This document shows positions 22,096-34,000 of a stretch of DNA of 64,000 nt, piece by piece. The stretch comes from Rebecca billardiae RCC1528 (lineage: Eukaryota > Protista > Haptophyta), in assembly GCA_965240325.2 (NCBI GenBank), contig OZ251228.1, positions 1,364,001 to 1,428,000 on the forward strand. The letters run 5' to 3'. The position numbers and the translations under genes were made by a program. Under the pieces are notes generated by a model. The model had not been told where the DNA came from. It searched no databases and worked only from the letters and a program-made list of their open reading frames with translations. Each line of letters starts with the position of its first letter. Positions within the stretch are counted from its first letter, which is position 1.

Positions 22096-24867
22096 ATGCG
22101 CGCAGTCAGTCGGTGGGGATGCTGCGTCGCCGTGTTGGCTGCGGTGCTCGGCGCGCCTAGCAACGCGCGCGTCAGGAGCAATGGTCCTCCAGCGAAACGG
22201 TACCAGCGGGTGAGTCGGTACCAGTGGGTGAGTTGCCGCGCCGACGACAACGCCACCGCAGCAGACCCGGCGGCGGCATCAGTGCGTGCGGCGCTCGCAG
22301 ACGTGGACCTGAGCACCGGGCTGCTGCGCGCGTGGCCGGTGCGCGATACGGACCGCGCCGCGGTGGTGATCATTGCCGAGAGCGACGCGAGCGTGCACGC
22401 AGCCGAGCTCGTCGAGCACTATATCGAGGAGGGGTTTGACCGCGTGTTCTTCCTCGCCAACGACGCGTATGACAGAGAGGGGCTGTGGCTGCGAGAGGCT
22501 CTCGCCGGCATCGACGCGCGGATGTGGGAGGTCACGCCGCTGAGGCACGCGTGCGGCAGCCAAGGCGCCGGGCAGTCTGCCGCCGACGTTGCCGGGCAGG
22601 AGGACCCCATGGCGCATGGCGAGCTCATGAAGTGGTCCAAGTGGCACCTCGCGCAAGAGTCTGCCACCACGTGCTTCCTGCGCAGGCTTCAGGCGGAGGG
22701 CAGCTGGGGCTGGATCGCGCAGGTGGACTCGGACGAGTACCTCCACTCGCGCGCGTGCCCTGCGCGCTCGGTCGTCTCCCTGCTCCGCGAGGAACTCCGC
22801 TCGTGCGCCGTGGTCCATGCGCCATGGCTTTTCTACTCATTCGGCGATCAAGTCGACGAGCCGTGCGGCCGGCAGCGCGCCGCGCTCGGCTGGCGCTGGA
22901 GAGTGGACTCGCGGGCCGTGAACAAGCACAACACGCCGAACGGCTCGCTCCTCGTGCCCAAGTTCGAATCGTCGAGCAACTACGGCAAGTACGTGGCGCG
23001 TGTGAGCTCGACCTCGAGCCTCGGCGTACACTCGCCCGGTGCGGACGGGCTGCGCTGCATGCCGTCGCCAAAGGGCTCCAGAGTGGGTCCCGGGCGGCCG
23101 TTGGGCATCGCTCTCGAGCGGACCCACGCGCGCGGTCAGCCGAGCGCGAGAGCGAGCGCGGACGGCTCCCTCGTTCGCGTCACCGCCAACCCAGTCAACT
23201 GGAAGTGGCCACACGCGCTGGGCCTCCGGCGCGAGGAGCAGGTGGGGTCTCTGCTGATGGCTGTGGCGCACTACCGCCTGAGCAGCCTGGCGCGCTGGCG
23301 CGCGAAGCGCTCGAACGAGTATCCCCTCGCCAAGCGGTACTTCAGTCACTTCGAGAATATCCCGCTGCTGCGCGTGCGCGACGAAACCGCCGAGCTCGCG
23401 CGCGCCAACCGGCGCGAGGTGCGAGACGACTTCATGCAGTCCGTGCGCGCGCCGCTCGCTGCGGCGCGACGGCCGCCCATGGCCGTGCGACGCGCGCCGG
23501 TGCGCGACTCGCGGCTCGTCGTGGGCGAGGATGAGGCGGCAGACGTGGTCATCGGCGCGCACGCCTTCGACAAGCCCCCCGCGCGCTGTGCCGACGCATT
23601 CAGCAGCGGCCTCTTCCCACCATCCGCGTTGGCGGCCGCAGCCGCAAACGTCAGCGTCCGACCACCGGCAGAGTCCGGTGGCTCGCTGCTGCGGCTCGTG
23701 GTCGCGTCGACCGGTTTCGACCGTGACGGCACGATCAGGGCGGCGGTGCAGATGCTGTGCGCTCGCGGCGTGAAGACCGTCGGCCTGGGCGTGCGCTGCC
23801 ACGTGAGCGTCACCACGTACGCTGTGCACAAGCACGTGCTGCGCTCTTGGGCAGCCCTCGTCCGCATGGCATCGCCACGTGCCGAAGGGCCAGCGGCGCG
23901 GCGCGCCATCGCGCAGATCAGGCAGGCCGTGCTGGCGCTCGCGCGTTCAGGCGTGCACGCCGTCGTGGGCCCGCCGTACGGCCAGCTGATGCTCGAGCTC
24001 GCGAGGCAAGCCCCACGCGCCGTCCTCGTTCACGTCGCGCAGCGGCCCAAGCGCTGGGCCGAGCAGCAGCTTCTCGCCGCCCCCGCCTTCCCGCCCAACT
24101 ACAAGCAGGCGGCCACCGTCGTGCTGCGCTGCACGCCCGCCAAGTTGTCGCCGCTCGTGCTGCTTCAGCACGACACGGGGGAGACGCCTGTTCTCGGGCC
24201 GGTGTGCACCACGCTGCAGAACTTCACGGCGGGCGATCTGCTCGCTGCGGGACGCGAGTACGCGGCGCTCAACGCAGCGATGCGCGCTGCACTGCTCAGC
24301 GAGCGGGCGGGCAGCAGCCTCCGCAGCGGCATGTACGTGGCTGCGTGCGTGTCGGTGCGCAGTGCCACGTGGAGGCACGGCGGCACCTGGTCCTGGACGC
24401 GCGCGACAGCTCTTCGTGAGCGCAGTCCTACAGGGAGGCACGGCAGCACCCGGACGAGCGCGACAGCTCTTCGCCTGACAAGGGCGATGGCGAGCGACGT
24501 GGGAAGGCACAGCTTCCTCTGCAACCTCCTCGTCAGCAAAGTCCTGGTGGCCGCGTGCGCGATGGCCATGGAGAGGGAAGTCGAGGCGGTGACGAGAGTC
24601 ACAGCAGCAAGCGAGGCTGAGGCTGCGCGGAGGGCGCGGAGGGGGGTGACGCCGCCGTCACAGCGACGCCTTGGGACGACGAGCACAACCGATGCGCAGC
24701 GACTGTTGCCCGAGCTGCGATGGGCGAGGGTGCTGGAGACCATCGCGAGCGCTGTGGTCGCGCCCAGCTTCATGTGTAACGAGCTGATGCATGACGGCGG
24801 CCCGACGCAGCGATCGCGCGAGCGCAGGCTGCGGAGATCGACTCAGAAGCGCGTCACGGGTGGATGA
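22096..24867 (+). CDS. Secreted/Golgi GT-A glycosyltransferase (GT92/GT2-like) with a degenerate sulfotransferase-like domain
   Basis: Signal peptide; VEHYIEEGFDRVFFLAND, WIAQVDSDEYL (DxD), GKYVAR, VAHYRLSS; then VVASTGFDRDGT and HAVVGPPY..L.LELA..P.A..VHV.QRPKRW. The 3' end or hidden introns are uncertain. Confidence 0.65.
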   Translation: MRAVSRWGCCVAVLAAVLGAPSNARVRSNGPPAKRYQRVSRYQWVSCRADDNATAADPAAASVRAALADVDLSTGLLRAWPVRDTDRAAVVIIAESDASVHAAELVEHYIEEGFDRVFFLANDAYDREGLWLREALAGIDARMWEVTPLRHACGSQGAGQSAADVAGQEDPMAHGELMKWSKWHLAQESATTCFLRRLQAEGSWGWIAQVDSDEYLHSRACPARSVVSLLREELRSCAVVHAPWLFYSFGDQVDEPCGRQRAALGWRWRVDSRAVNKHNTPNGSLLVPKFESSSNYGKYVARVSSTSSLGVHSPGADGLRCMPSPKGSRVGPGRPLGIALERTHARGQPSARASADGSLVRVTANPVNWKWPHALGLRREEQVGSLLMAVAHYRLSSLARWRAKRSNEYPLAKRYFSHFENIPLLRVRDETAELARANRREVRDDFMQSVRAPLAAARRPPMAVRRAPVRDSRLVVGEDEAADVVIGAHAFDKPPARCADAFSSGLFPPSALAAAAANVSVRPPAESGGSLLRLVVASTGFDRDGTIRAAVQMLCARGVKTVGLGVRCHVSVTTYAVHKHVLRSWAALVRMASPRAEGPAARRAIAQIRQAVLALARSGVHAVVGPPYGQLMLELARQAPRAVLVHVAQRPKRWAEQQLLAAPAFPPNYKQAATVVLRCTPAKLSPLVLLQHDTGETPVLGPVCTTLQNFTAGDLLAAGREYAALNAAMRAALLSERAGSSLRSGMYVAACVSVRSATWRHGGTWSWTRATALRERSPTGRHGSTRTSATALRLTRAMASDVGRHSFLCNLLVSKVLVAACAMAMEREVEAVTRVTAASEAEAARRARRGVTPPSQRRLGTTSTTDAQRLLPELRWARVLETIASAVVAPSFMCNELMHDGGPTQRSRERRLRRSTQKRVTGG

Positions 24868-25109
24868 GCAGCCTTGAGGCGGTGATCCCGCGTTATATTA
24901 TTACGCTACTAGGCGCCTGTCGAAGGTACCGCGCGGGCCCGACGAACTGCTGCGTACTGTAGTAGCAGTACGCGTAGTAGTAGTTATTGGTTCATATACG
25001 CGCCCGATGGCGCGGAAAAATAAACAGGATATGACCGCGGAACGCGTCAGCGGTGACATTATATGAGCATCAGCAAATGAATCATCGATGATGATGTACG
25101 TCATCACTG

Positions 25110-28100
25110 TCAGCTGTTGAGCCACACAAGCCCGTCGCTCGCTTGGACGCGCGTGCCAAGGATGCTGATGCCGGACTGCACCGCCTCGAGAGCCTGTGCG
25201 CGCTCATTGGTTCCGAGCTCCGGGCCGAGCGTCCCCGCCAGCTGGTGCACGGATAGCGGCGCCGCCGCGCGCTCGAGCTCGCGCACGATCGCCTGCAGCC
25301 GGGGCGCGACGGCGTGCAAGCAACCCGGCGGTCCGTCGCGTGAGTGGCGCCGAGTGCGGCGCGGGCGGCGCGGGTGCTCACTCCTCGGCGCAACGGCGGG
25401 CGCGGCGTTGCAACGCACCTGCCCGAGTGCCTGCCCCTGCAGCCGCGGCGTGGCCGCATCCGGCTCCGCCGCGCCCGGTGCGCCCCGGGGCACAGCCACC
25501 CCGCTCGCGCGGGGTGACGGGAGCGCAGCGCCCGCGGCCGCGGCGCCCGGCGCGGCCGGCTTGAGCTTCTTGACGAGCGGCACGTCCTCGTCCTCGTCCG
25601 AGGCCGAGGCGGCGGCGCCGTCAGCGCCGCCCGCGGCCGCGCCGCTCGCGCTCTTGCTCTGCCGGGCCGGCCCCTTGGGCTTGCGGATGCAGCGCTGCTT
25701 GAGTGCGCCGGTGCCTCCAAACTTGGGCTTGTCGAGACAGGCGGCACACACGCCACAGTCCTGGAAGCGCCCGCCCTCGGCGCCGCCGTCCGCCGCGGCG
25801 GGCTTGGCGGAGGCGCCGGCGCCGCCCACGCCCATGAGGACGCGCTTCTTGGCGCCGCGGCCTCGTCCGCGCCCGCGCCCGCCGCCGCTCCCGCGCCCGC
25901 CCTCCGCCGCCGCTCCCGCGGCGTCCGCAGCTTCGGCCGCTGACCCTGCCGCGCGCGCAGCAGACGTGCCCGCTGCACCCGCGGTGCTCGCGCCGCCCGC
26001 GCCCACCAGCCCGCGCTTCTTCAGCGGCGGCCCAGCGAGCGGCGACTGCGCCGCCGCGCTCGTGAGCGCGCCGCCACGCGCCGCCGCGGCCGAGCCGGCG
26101 GCGGGCACGACGCCCTTGCGCTTCAGCCCGGCCGCCGGGCCGGGCAGCTTGGCGGCTGGCGGGCGCGCACGCGCGCTCGGCGGAGGCAGCCCCGACGCGG
26201 CTGGCTGCCGCCCGCCGCCCGCCGCGCTCGGCGGCCTGGCGGCGGCCGCACCCGCGCTCGGCTGCGCGCCTCCGCCCTTCGAGTCCGCCGGCGGCGCGCC
26301 GCCCTTCTTCTTCGTGCGCTCGCCCTCGAGCCACTGCAGAAACTGCCCGAGGTTGCGAGCGAGCTTGGCGGCGCCGGCCGGAGCCTTGCCGCCCGCCGCC
26401 GAAGCCGAAGCCTTGCTCGCGCATGTCTTGAGCTCGCGCGAGGCGAGTCTGAACTGCTCGGCCGAGTTGATCAGCTCGGCCCGGCCAAGCGCCGCCGGCA
26501 CCGCGCGGCTCGCCTCGGTGTGCACAAAGTTGCACGGCACCTGCGCGCGCGCGGCGGCGCGGGGGCGGCGTGCACAGCGCGTGAGCTCAGCGCCGCGCGC
26601 GGCCACGCCGCGTCGCTATCGTCGCGCCGGCACGCGAGGCGCCGCACCTTCGCGTCATAGTTGTGCAGCTGCTTCACGATCTCCACCGCCGCGACCAGCG
26701 CGCAGTCTTCCGCCGCCTGCGCGCGCCTCTGCGCCGCGGCGGGCTGGCCGAGCTCCAGCACCGTGCCCGCCGCCGAGCGCACGAAGACCTGAGGCTTGGC
26801 GCCCGACTTTGCGACTCGGCCGCGCGGCACGCCGCCGGCGAGATATGGCGCATAGTCGACCGAGATGCGCTGCACGTTGGGCACACTCGCGCGCACACGC
26901 ACACGCAGCGGCGCGCCGCCAGGCACGCTCAGCCCGAGCACGAGCTCCGCGGAGATCGACACCGTGAGCGGCTTGGGCGGCGGCGCGGCCGCCGCGCCGC
27001 CGCCGCCGGCTGCGGCGCCCGTGGCCTTCTGTGACGCCGACGCCTCGCGCACCGCCTTGAAGACGCCCATCGTGCGCCCGCTGCCCGCGGCGGAGGACAC
27101 GGAGACGCAGAAGTGGTCGAGCACCCAGTGCGCGCCGGGCGGCTCGCGCGCGCCCAGCTCCAGCTCGCGCTCGGTGAGGGCAACGACGGTGCCTGCATCT
27201 GCCGAGCCCGCGGCGGCAGCCGGTGCCGCGGCGGCCGCCGCTCCGCTCGCCGCGCCCGCGCGCGCACCCGGTTGCTCCGTGCTCCCCGGTACGCAGAAGT
27301 GCTCGGCGTAGCCCTCCGACGGCCCGCCCAGCGCGAAGAGGCCGCTGGCAGTCTGGACGCACATCAGCGGCTGCACCGGCCTGGGTGGGGCCGACTGCTC
27401 GGCGGCGCCGGCGGCCGGGCGCTCGGCCGTGTCACGAGATGCGATCTCGGGGCGAGATGCGATCTCGGGGCGAGATGCGATCTCGGGCGAGGCCGATGCG
27501 ATCAGCAGTGCGGACGAGAGCGCGCACAGCCGGACCCACACGCCGCCCGTGGGCATGCCGTCCTCCGCCATCGCGCCCGCCTCGGCCTCCGCCGCCACCG
27601 CCGCCGAGGCCTGCTGCTGCTGCTGCGGCGGCTGCGGCTGCGGCTCCGCCCCGCGCCTCGGCTGCTCTGCGGGCGCAAGCGGCATCAGGCCAACTACCGA
27701 GTAACCCTGGGCGCTGCCCGCCTTGCTCGCGCCCCACAGCTCGGCGAGCGGCGCCAGCGAGCCGTCAGGCGCGCGCACCGATACCTGCCGCAGCCAGCGG
27801 CACTTGCCCAGCTGCACCGCGCTGGGCGGCGCCGCGCCGTCCTTGGCGCGCGTGCCGAGCACTACGAGGTACGCGCGGCGCGTCGCAGGCACCGCGCCCG
27901 AGCGCGCCAGCGCGCCTTCGTCGAGCGGCACGCTGGGCGACGCGCCTGGCGCGACGACGAGCGCGCGCGCGAACGAGTCGCGCGGCGCGCACGCGTCGTA
28001 CCACCCCGCCGCCGTGCGCACGCGCAGCGCGAGCGGCTGCAGCGAGAGCAGCACGCTCTCGCGCACGGCTGTCGTGCGCACCGTGGCCGCGGCGCGCTGA

Positions 28101-29548
28101 CCTGACGACTCGAGCAGCTGGCCTCGCAGCGTGAGCCCGCGCGCCTCGAGCTCGGGCGGCGGGTTGGCGCGCGCGTGGAGCAGCTCGGCCGCGCGCGGCG
28201 GCGCCCCCGCCGCGTCCACGATCTCGTAATCCACCACCCGCCAGCGCGAGAGGCCGCCCACCAGTCCGGACACAAAGTCCGGAGCGGCCGCGCTCAGCGC
28301 CGCCTCGTCCAGCTGGCGCTCGGCGCCCGGCGCCGGCGGCGCGCCGGCGGCGGCGGACGCGGCGAGGAGCTCGGCGGCGGCGGCGGCGTCGGCGGAGGGC
28401 GCGCCCGCCAGCTTCTCGCGCAGCTTCGCGCGCGACGCGGCGATGCGCTCCTGCAGGGCGCGCATGCCCTCCTCGCCGCCACCAGCGTCGGCGCCGCCCG
28501 CGGCGCCGCCCGAGGCGCCGCGCTGCCGCTGCCGATCCTGCGCCGCCGCCAGCTTCTCCTGCATCGTCGCGAGCGCGGCGGCCTCGTCCGCCGCGCTCTT
28601 CGGCCCGCGCACGCGCCCCTCCACCTTCACGCGCTCGCGGTACAGCCTGTCCTTGATCGCCTTGGCCGCCTTCTCCACCGTGGTGTAACCGCCGTAACCG
28701 CCAGCCGGCTGGCGCACTCCGAGCCGCTGGATGATCACGCGGAGCGAGTGCAGCTTGAGCTGCTTGAGCTCGCCCTCGGTGAAGGCGCGGAGGTCGGCCG
28801 CGCTCATCTGCCGCACCGCGCGCGCCTCGTCGTCGTCATCCACCTCGTCCGCGTCAGGCGGCGCGGCGGCGGGCGGCGCGGCGGCGGGCGCGTGCGAGGC
28901 GGCGGCGGCAGCGGTGAAAGCCGCCGCTGTGGCGCCGCCGCCGCCCTGGCCGCTCGCGCCGTCCGGGCTGGCCGCGGCGGCGTGGACGGGCTTGGGCGGG
29001 TGGACGGCCTCGACGCCATCCTTCGCCTGCGCCCGCGCCGCCCCCGGCGAAACCGCCGCCTCGACGACCGCCGTGCCCGTCCGCGCCTCGAGCAGCGTGC
29101 CGAGGCCGAGGCCGAGGGCCTCAGCAGGCAGAACTGCGCGCACGCGCGCGCGCACGCGACCGCCGGCGATCGTCATCAGCCCGAGGCGGACGTGAGGGAG
29201 CACTGCGAACGAACCATCGTCGTCCGCATCGTCCGCGTCCTCATCCTCCTCGTCTGCGGCGGGGGCCCGCGCATGCTCCTCGTCCGTCGCTGGGGCCGAC
29301 GCCGCGGGCGCGTGCTCGGCCGTCCGATCTGGGGCCTCGTCATCGCTGTCGTCGACGTCGACGATGGCGGCGCGCTTTTTGGCCGCCCCGAACGCCTCGG
29401 TGAAGCGCACGCTCTGCACGCGCCGGCGCTGGGAGCGCCGGCCGCCGTCGCGCGCGTGCTCGCCCTCGTCGTGCGCCTCGTCGCACCGCTCCTGCAGCCT
29501 CGCCTGGAGATGCGCGACGCGCGCGCGGAGCTCAGCAAGCTCGACCAT
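25110..29548 (-). CDS. Large chromatin-type protein: three RFTS/RFD-like repeats plus a CXXC zinc finger; introns 26541-26647 and 25293-25418
   Basis: CXXC motif CGVCAACLDKPKFGGTGALKQRC and repeated W-x-L...D.G...V.TA.G.Y/F...P units. Splicing joins YDAK to VPCNF and ALGQ to AIVREL. Start could alternatively be 29740. Confidence 0.7.
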
Positions 29549-29829
29549 CGCGACGTGGGAGGCGGATGCGCGCGCGTCGCGTGCGCCGTGTGCCCACCGT
29601 GCGCTGCTCGGCGCGAGCGCACAGGGTGCGCGCGGGCCTTCAAGCCGCACGTCGCGCTGTGGCGCGCGTCGAGATCTCAGATCGTCGTTGCTCTCGTCCG
29701 GCGCGCGCGTGAGCAAGCGCAGGCGTTGGTCAACATCCATCCCTTACCCGGCAAGCCGTATCGACCAATCACAGGCCTTGCAAGTGTTCGGCACACGGCG
29801 CCGATCGCGGGCGAAAGGGCGTTGGCACC

Positions 29830-30900
29830 ATGCTGGGCCGCCTCGTGAAGCGCGCGGCGCTGCCGGCCTTCCGGCCACAGGCACGAGTCTTCCGCACGTC
29901 GGCGGTGGCGCGCGCTGGGCAGGGGTCGCACATTGTACGCGCGCGCTTCCTCCCCCCCGGCGCGCGCGTCGGCGCCGCCGAGGCCGCGCGCGCGTCGGCC
30001 GAGCGCTTGAGACGTGCACGCCCGGCGTGCGCGCGCAGCACCGAGATGAGCCAGGGAACACGGAGGACACACACTTCGAGTTCACGCCCGAGTCGGAGGC
30101 CAAGCTGCAGATGTACCTCTCGCGCTACCCCGACACGCCGCAGGGCAGGATGAGCGTCATCATGCCCGCGCTGTGGGTCGTGCAGCAGCAGCTCGATGAG
30201 GCGAACAAGACGCTCAAGCCGGTGCCTGCCAAGGAAGGCATCCACATGTTCGACGAGCCGCAGGGCTCGGGGGGCTGGGTGCCGCTCGCGGCGATGAACC
30301 AGATCGCCGATCGTCTCGGCTGCTCGCGCATGGCGGTGTACGAGGTCGCCACCTTCTTCACCATGTACAACCGCCAGAAGCGAGGCAAGTTCCACATCCA
30401 GCTGTGCGCGACCACGCCGTGCATGGTCTGCGGGGCGTACGACGTGATGCACGCGATCGAGCAGCACCTGGGGATTAAGAACGGCGAGACGAGCGCGGAC
30501 GGCATGTTCACGCTGACGGAGGTCGAGTGCCTCGGCGCATGCGTCAACGCGCCCATGGTGCAGGTGCGCGCTCCCGCGTTCGCGCGGCCGCGCCGGGGCG
30601 GCTGGCGGCGCGCCGCGCCGGACAGGGCGCGCGTCCGTCGCTCACGAGTCGCGACGCACCACGCACGACGCCCACGCGCGTCCTGCGCGCGCGCCCGCGC
30701 AGATCAACGACCACTTCTACGAGGACCTGACCCCGGAGAACACCATCAAGCTGCTGGACGACCTCAAGGCAGGAAACCCGGTCAAGATCGGCCCGCAGAA
30801 CGAGCGGTACAACTCGCTCGGTCCGCAGGGGCGCACCAGCCTGTTCGGCGAGCCCCAAGGGCCGTACTGCCGCGACCTGTCTGAGATCCCCGAGCCATGA
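29830..30900 (+). CDS. NDUFV2: Complex I 24-kDa subunit; introns 29935-30038 and 30564-30702
   Basis: Mitochondrial presequence, HRDEPGN, YEVATFFTMYNR, CATTPCMVCG, VECLGACVNAPMVQ|IND.FYEDLT. Confidence 0.96.
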
Positions 30901-31426
30901 GCGCCGGCTCGACTGCTCGCCACACGCGCGCGTGCCAGCGGGCGCGCTGAGCTGCGAAGCCTCGGGCTGACCTCCGAAGGGACAGCTGACCGCCAGGGTC
31001 GCCAGCGAGCGGAGTGGCCGATGACGGACGTCATGATCGCTCACAGCTCGGACGCAACGGGGACAATATGGCCGAGGCGACATGTTTTCACCATGCATGA
31101 CGGTCGCGGTCTTTGCGCGCCCTGGGCCCAGCGGCGAGTGCTGCGGACCCGGCACTGGCGCAGGCTCCGTGGCCGCTGGGCGGTCAGCACTCACTGACTC
31201 AGCTGAGCGTCGACGAGCGAGCTCAGCCGTCAGCGCTGTCATACGGCGGGCGAGGCCGCCTGACACTCAATGACGTAGTCGGCTGTTGCCTGCCGGTCTC
31301 CTCGAGTCCTCGACCTCGCGGCCACTAGCGAGTCACTGAGACTGTCTAGCGACTGTGCCTTACTGCCTAATGTCCCGCATCCTGCTATTGCTAAGACTAA
31401 TAAGTAAGCTGTAAGAATCATCGGCA

Positions 31427-31546
<120 letters not shown>

Positions 31547-32500
31547 GTTATTTCAGTTAAGACAGACTCCGGGTCGGTCTTAACTCTTATCACTTATGTC
31601 GAGTTATGATCTCCGCCCGACGTCATCACTCCGGAGTGAGTGACCGGACCCCGGACTGGCCCGGGACCGGTACTAGTAGTAGTAGTATGATGAGTCGACC
31701 GACGCGGTAGTACTCTGTCATAGTTAGTGTGACCGGGCCACTGCCTGCCGCCCCCGCCGGGCCGAGACGACTACGACGACTGCTACTCTGAAGTCGGAGA
31801 CGGAGTGCCGTGAGTTAGTCATGCCGGCTTGCCGCCCCTGCGCCCCGTCTGATTCGTGATTCGTCAACTCCGCGTCCGAACGCGCGGCTCAACGCCCGAT
31901 CGCGGATGATCGGCGCCGAGAACGTATGCGGGCGTGCATCGGACGCCCGTCGCCCGGGCCCGACGGGGTCTCGCCGTGAGACCTCGTCTGCCTGCACCGC
32001 TCCACTTTTTACCTGTTTCGTCGCAGCCGCCCTCGCAGAATAATGAATTTGATAGTAGTTAGATGACTACTCTTCTGCGGGTACCCGCGGGTGCGCGACC
32101 AGAGCGCCTGAAGCAGCCATGCTGCTGCCCCCCGGACCCGGGCATTCGGCAAGTCTGAATGAAGTCATCGGGGCGAGCACCGAGCACCTCGCTTCGTCTC
32201 CGGCTTCTCGAGCCGCGAGCTGGGTGTTGGCACTGGCAGGCGCACAACCAGTGCGCACGCCAGATACCTCTCGCCTCGTCCTTCAACCAGAGGATGCCCA
32301 CCATCAACTCGTCTCAGCAAGACCCTCGGCTGCGCATGGCCGCACGCGCACCATGCAGCAGCGCTGAAACGACCAGCAGCTATTTTTAAAACTACAATAA
32401 ATGCCTCGTCAGGACGACCGCAAAATCAGTCCACAATTAGTACCCGCCTACATCGCATGCACTAGCCAGCGAAGTCATCCATCAAGCAGCTACCTTTCAT

Positions 32501-32553
32501 GGCGTCAATCTCGCCTGCCTGAGCTGTGTGCGTCTCTTATTCTTAGTAAACTG
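32501..32553. mobile_element. Solo Tc1/mariner-type TIR (same family as 20832-22060)
   Basis: GGCGTCAATCTCGCCTGCCTGAGCTGTGTGCGTCTCTTATTCTTAGTAAACTG|TA, identical to the right end at about 22008-22060. Confidence 0.8.
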
Positions 32554-32613
32554 TACGCATCCCGAGGTCGACGTCGAATCAGTCGTCATCAGATTGAGTT
32601 ATCATTCTCCTCG

Positions 32614-33732
32614 TCATCGGAGCAAAAGTATATGATCGCCGATGTCGGGAAGCGGAAGCAACAAGCAAGCCGCCACCGCCAGCTTGTTCCCGCGCTCGAC
32701 CGCGTTCGGCAACACATTCTCCAACCACAGCTGCTGCATAGCGCCTGCGCACACGCCGCCAAACCGCTCTTCCTTGGCCAGTTCGTACCCCAGCAGCAAT
32801 AGCTCCACAGCGCGGGCGCGCGCGGGCGGAGGGAAGAGATGGTGGGTCTTTGGGCTCCACGGGCCGGCCGCCGCCACCACGGCCGCCGCCGCGCCATGGT
32901 GTGGGTCGGTTGCGAGCGTGGCGCGGGCTAGATCGAGGGGCGACGAGTTGCCTTCGGCGCTGAGGGCGTAGGGGTCGGTGAGCGCACGCAGCTGTGCCAC
33001 CGCCTCCGCCTCGGTCAGCAGCTCGACGTGGTGCAGGGCTGTGTGCCAGCGCGATGTGCGCGCGAGCCATCCAGAGAACTTGCGTGCGCCCGAGTGCCAG
33101 CACTGCCTGGCCGTCATACGCGCCATAACTCGGCAAGTGAGATCGGACGAGCGCAGCCCGCGCAGCGCTTGTGCCTTGCATAGCAGCTGAACCACCTGCA
33201 GAAGCTCATCAGCGGGCTTGTCGTCGGTGCGGCCCTGGGCCTGTGTGGTCGTCGCCAGTAACAGCAGGTCCCCATAGGGGTCATGATCAAGAGCAATGTC
33301 GATGTCTGCACGTGCGTCGAGGAGCAGCCGCACGCACGGCACGCTCAGATTCCGCACGGCGAGGCCGAGGGGCGTAGGGTGGTCTTCACCGCCAACGTGG
33401 CTGATGTCGTTCGAGAAGGCATCCACGTCAGCGCCCGCCTCCAGGAGGAGCCGTGCGCACACCGCCTGGTTGCGGGCACATGCTACATGGAGGGCGGTCA
33501 GACCGCGGTTAGGCATCGTGTCCTTGATCTTGATCTGCGAGTCAGCGCCCGCCTCGAGAAGCAGCCGCACAAGCTCAGCTTGTCCGTCGGCGCATGCGCA
33601 TATGAGGGCGGTCAGACCGCTTGCAGTGTGGCGGTCGAGATCGACGCCCAGTGCCAGCAGGGCACGTACTTGGTCCGCATCACCGAGCGTGGACGCGTTG
33701 GCCAGCTCGTCGATCGATTTCTCGCTCGTCAT
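32614..33732 (-). CDS. Ankyrin-repeat protein with conserved family-specific C-terminal domain
   Basis: GLTALICAC, GLTALHVAC, TPLGLAV ankyrin repeats; C-terminal ALHHVELL...PWSPKTHHLFP..ARARAVELLLLGYEL shared with 62288-63442. Confidence 0.85.
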   Translation of the reverse strand: MTSEKSIDELANASTLGDADQVRALLALGVDLDRHTASGLTALICACADGQAELVRLLLEAGADSQIKIKDTMPNRGLTALHVACARNQAVCARLLLEAGADVDAFSNDISHVGGEDHPTPLGLAVRNLSVPCVRLLLDARADIDIALDHDPYGDLLLLATTTQAQGRTDDKPADELLQVVQLLCKAQALRGLRSSDLTCRVMARMTARQCWHSGARKFSGWLARTSRWHTALHHVELLTEAEAVAQLRALTDPYALSAEGNSSPLDLARATLATDPHHGAAAAVVAAAGPWSPKTHHLFPPPARARAVELLLLGYELAKEERFGGVCAGAMQQLWLENVLPNAVERGNKLAVAACLLLPLPDIGDHILLLR

Positions 33733-33931
33733 TGCCTCGGGGAGCAGCGCTGCTCGACACGCGTTGCGGGAGCGCTCCAGGGCCTTCCGCCAATCCGCCA
33801 CGCTTTTGGCGGGCGGAAGCTTTGCGGTCCTTGGCGCCTTCGGGCGCGCGGCGGCCCCCGAGAACCGGACTGCAGTGGTACAGTAAGGCACTGAAGAACT
33901 CTGGTTCACTGCGAGCTGTGGCGCCGGGCTA

Positions 33932-34000
33932 CAGTTTACTAAGAATACTGAGTAAGACGCACACAGCTCAGCCTCAGGCAGGCGAGATCGACGCCCGCCA
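33932..34000. mobile_element. Diverged solo Tc1/mariner-type TIR
   Basis: TA|CAGTTTACTAAGAATA...GACGCACACAGCTCAG..CAGGCAGGCGAGATCGACGCCCGCCA. Confidence 0.7.

Noticed and set aside
16300-22100. Endogenous giant-virus insertion around the doublet histone
   Set aside because: No other viral hallmark genes; flanking genes are ordinary eukaryotic and codon style is host-like.
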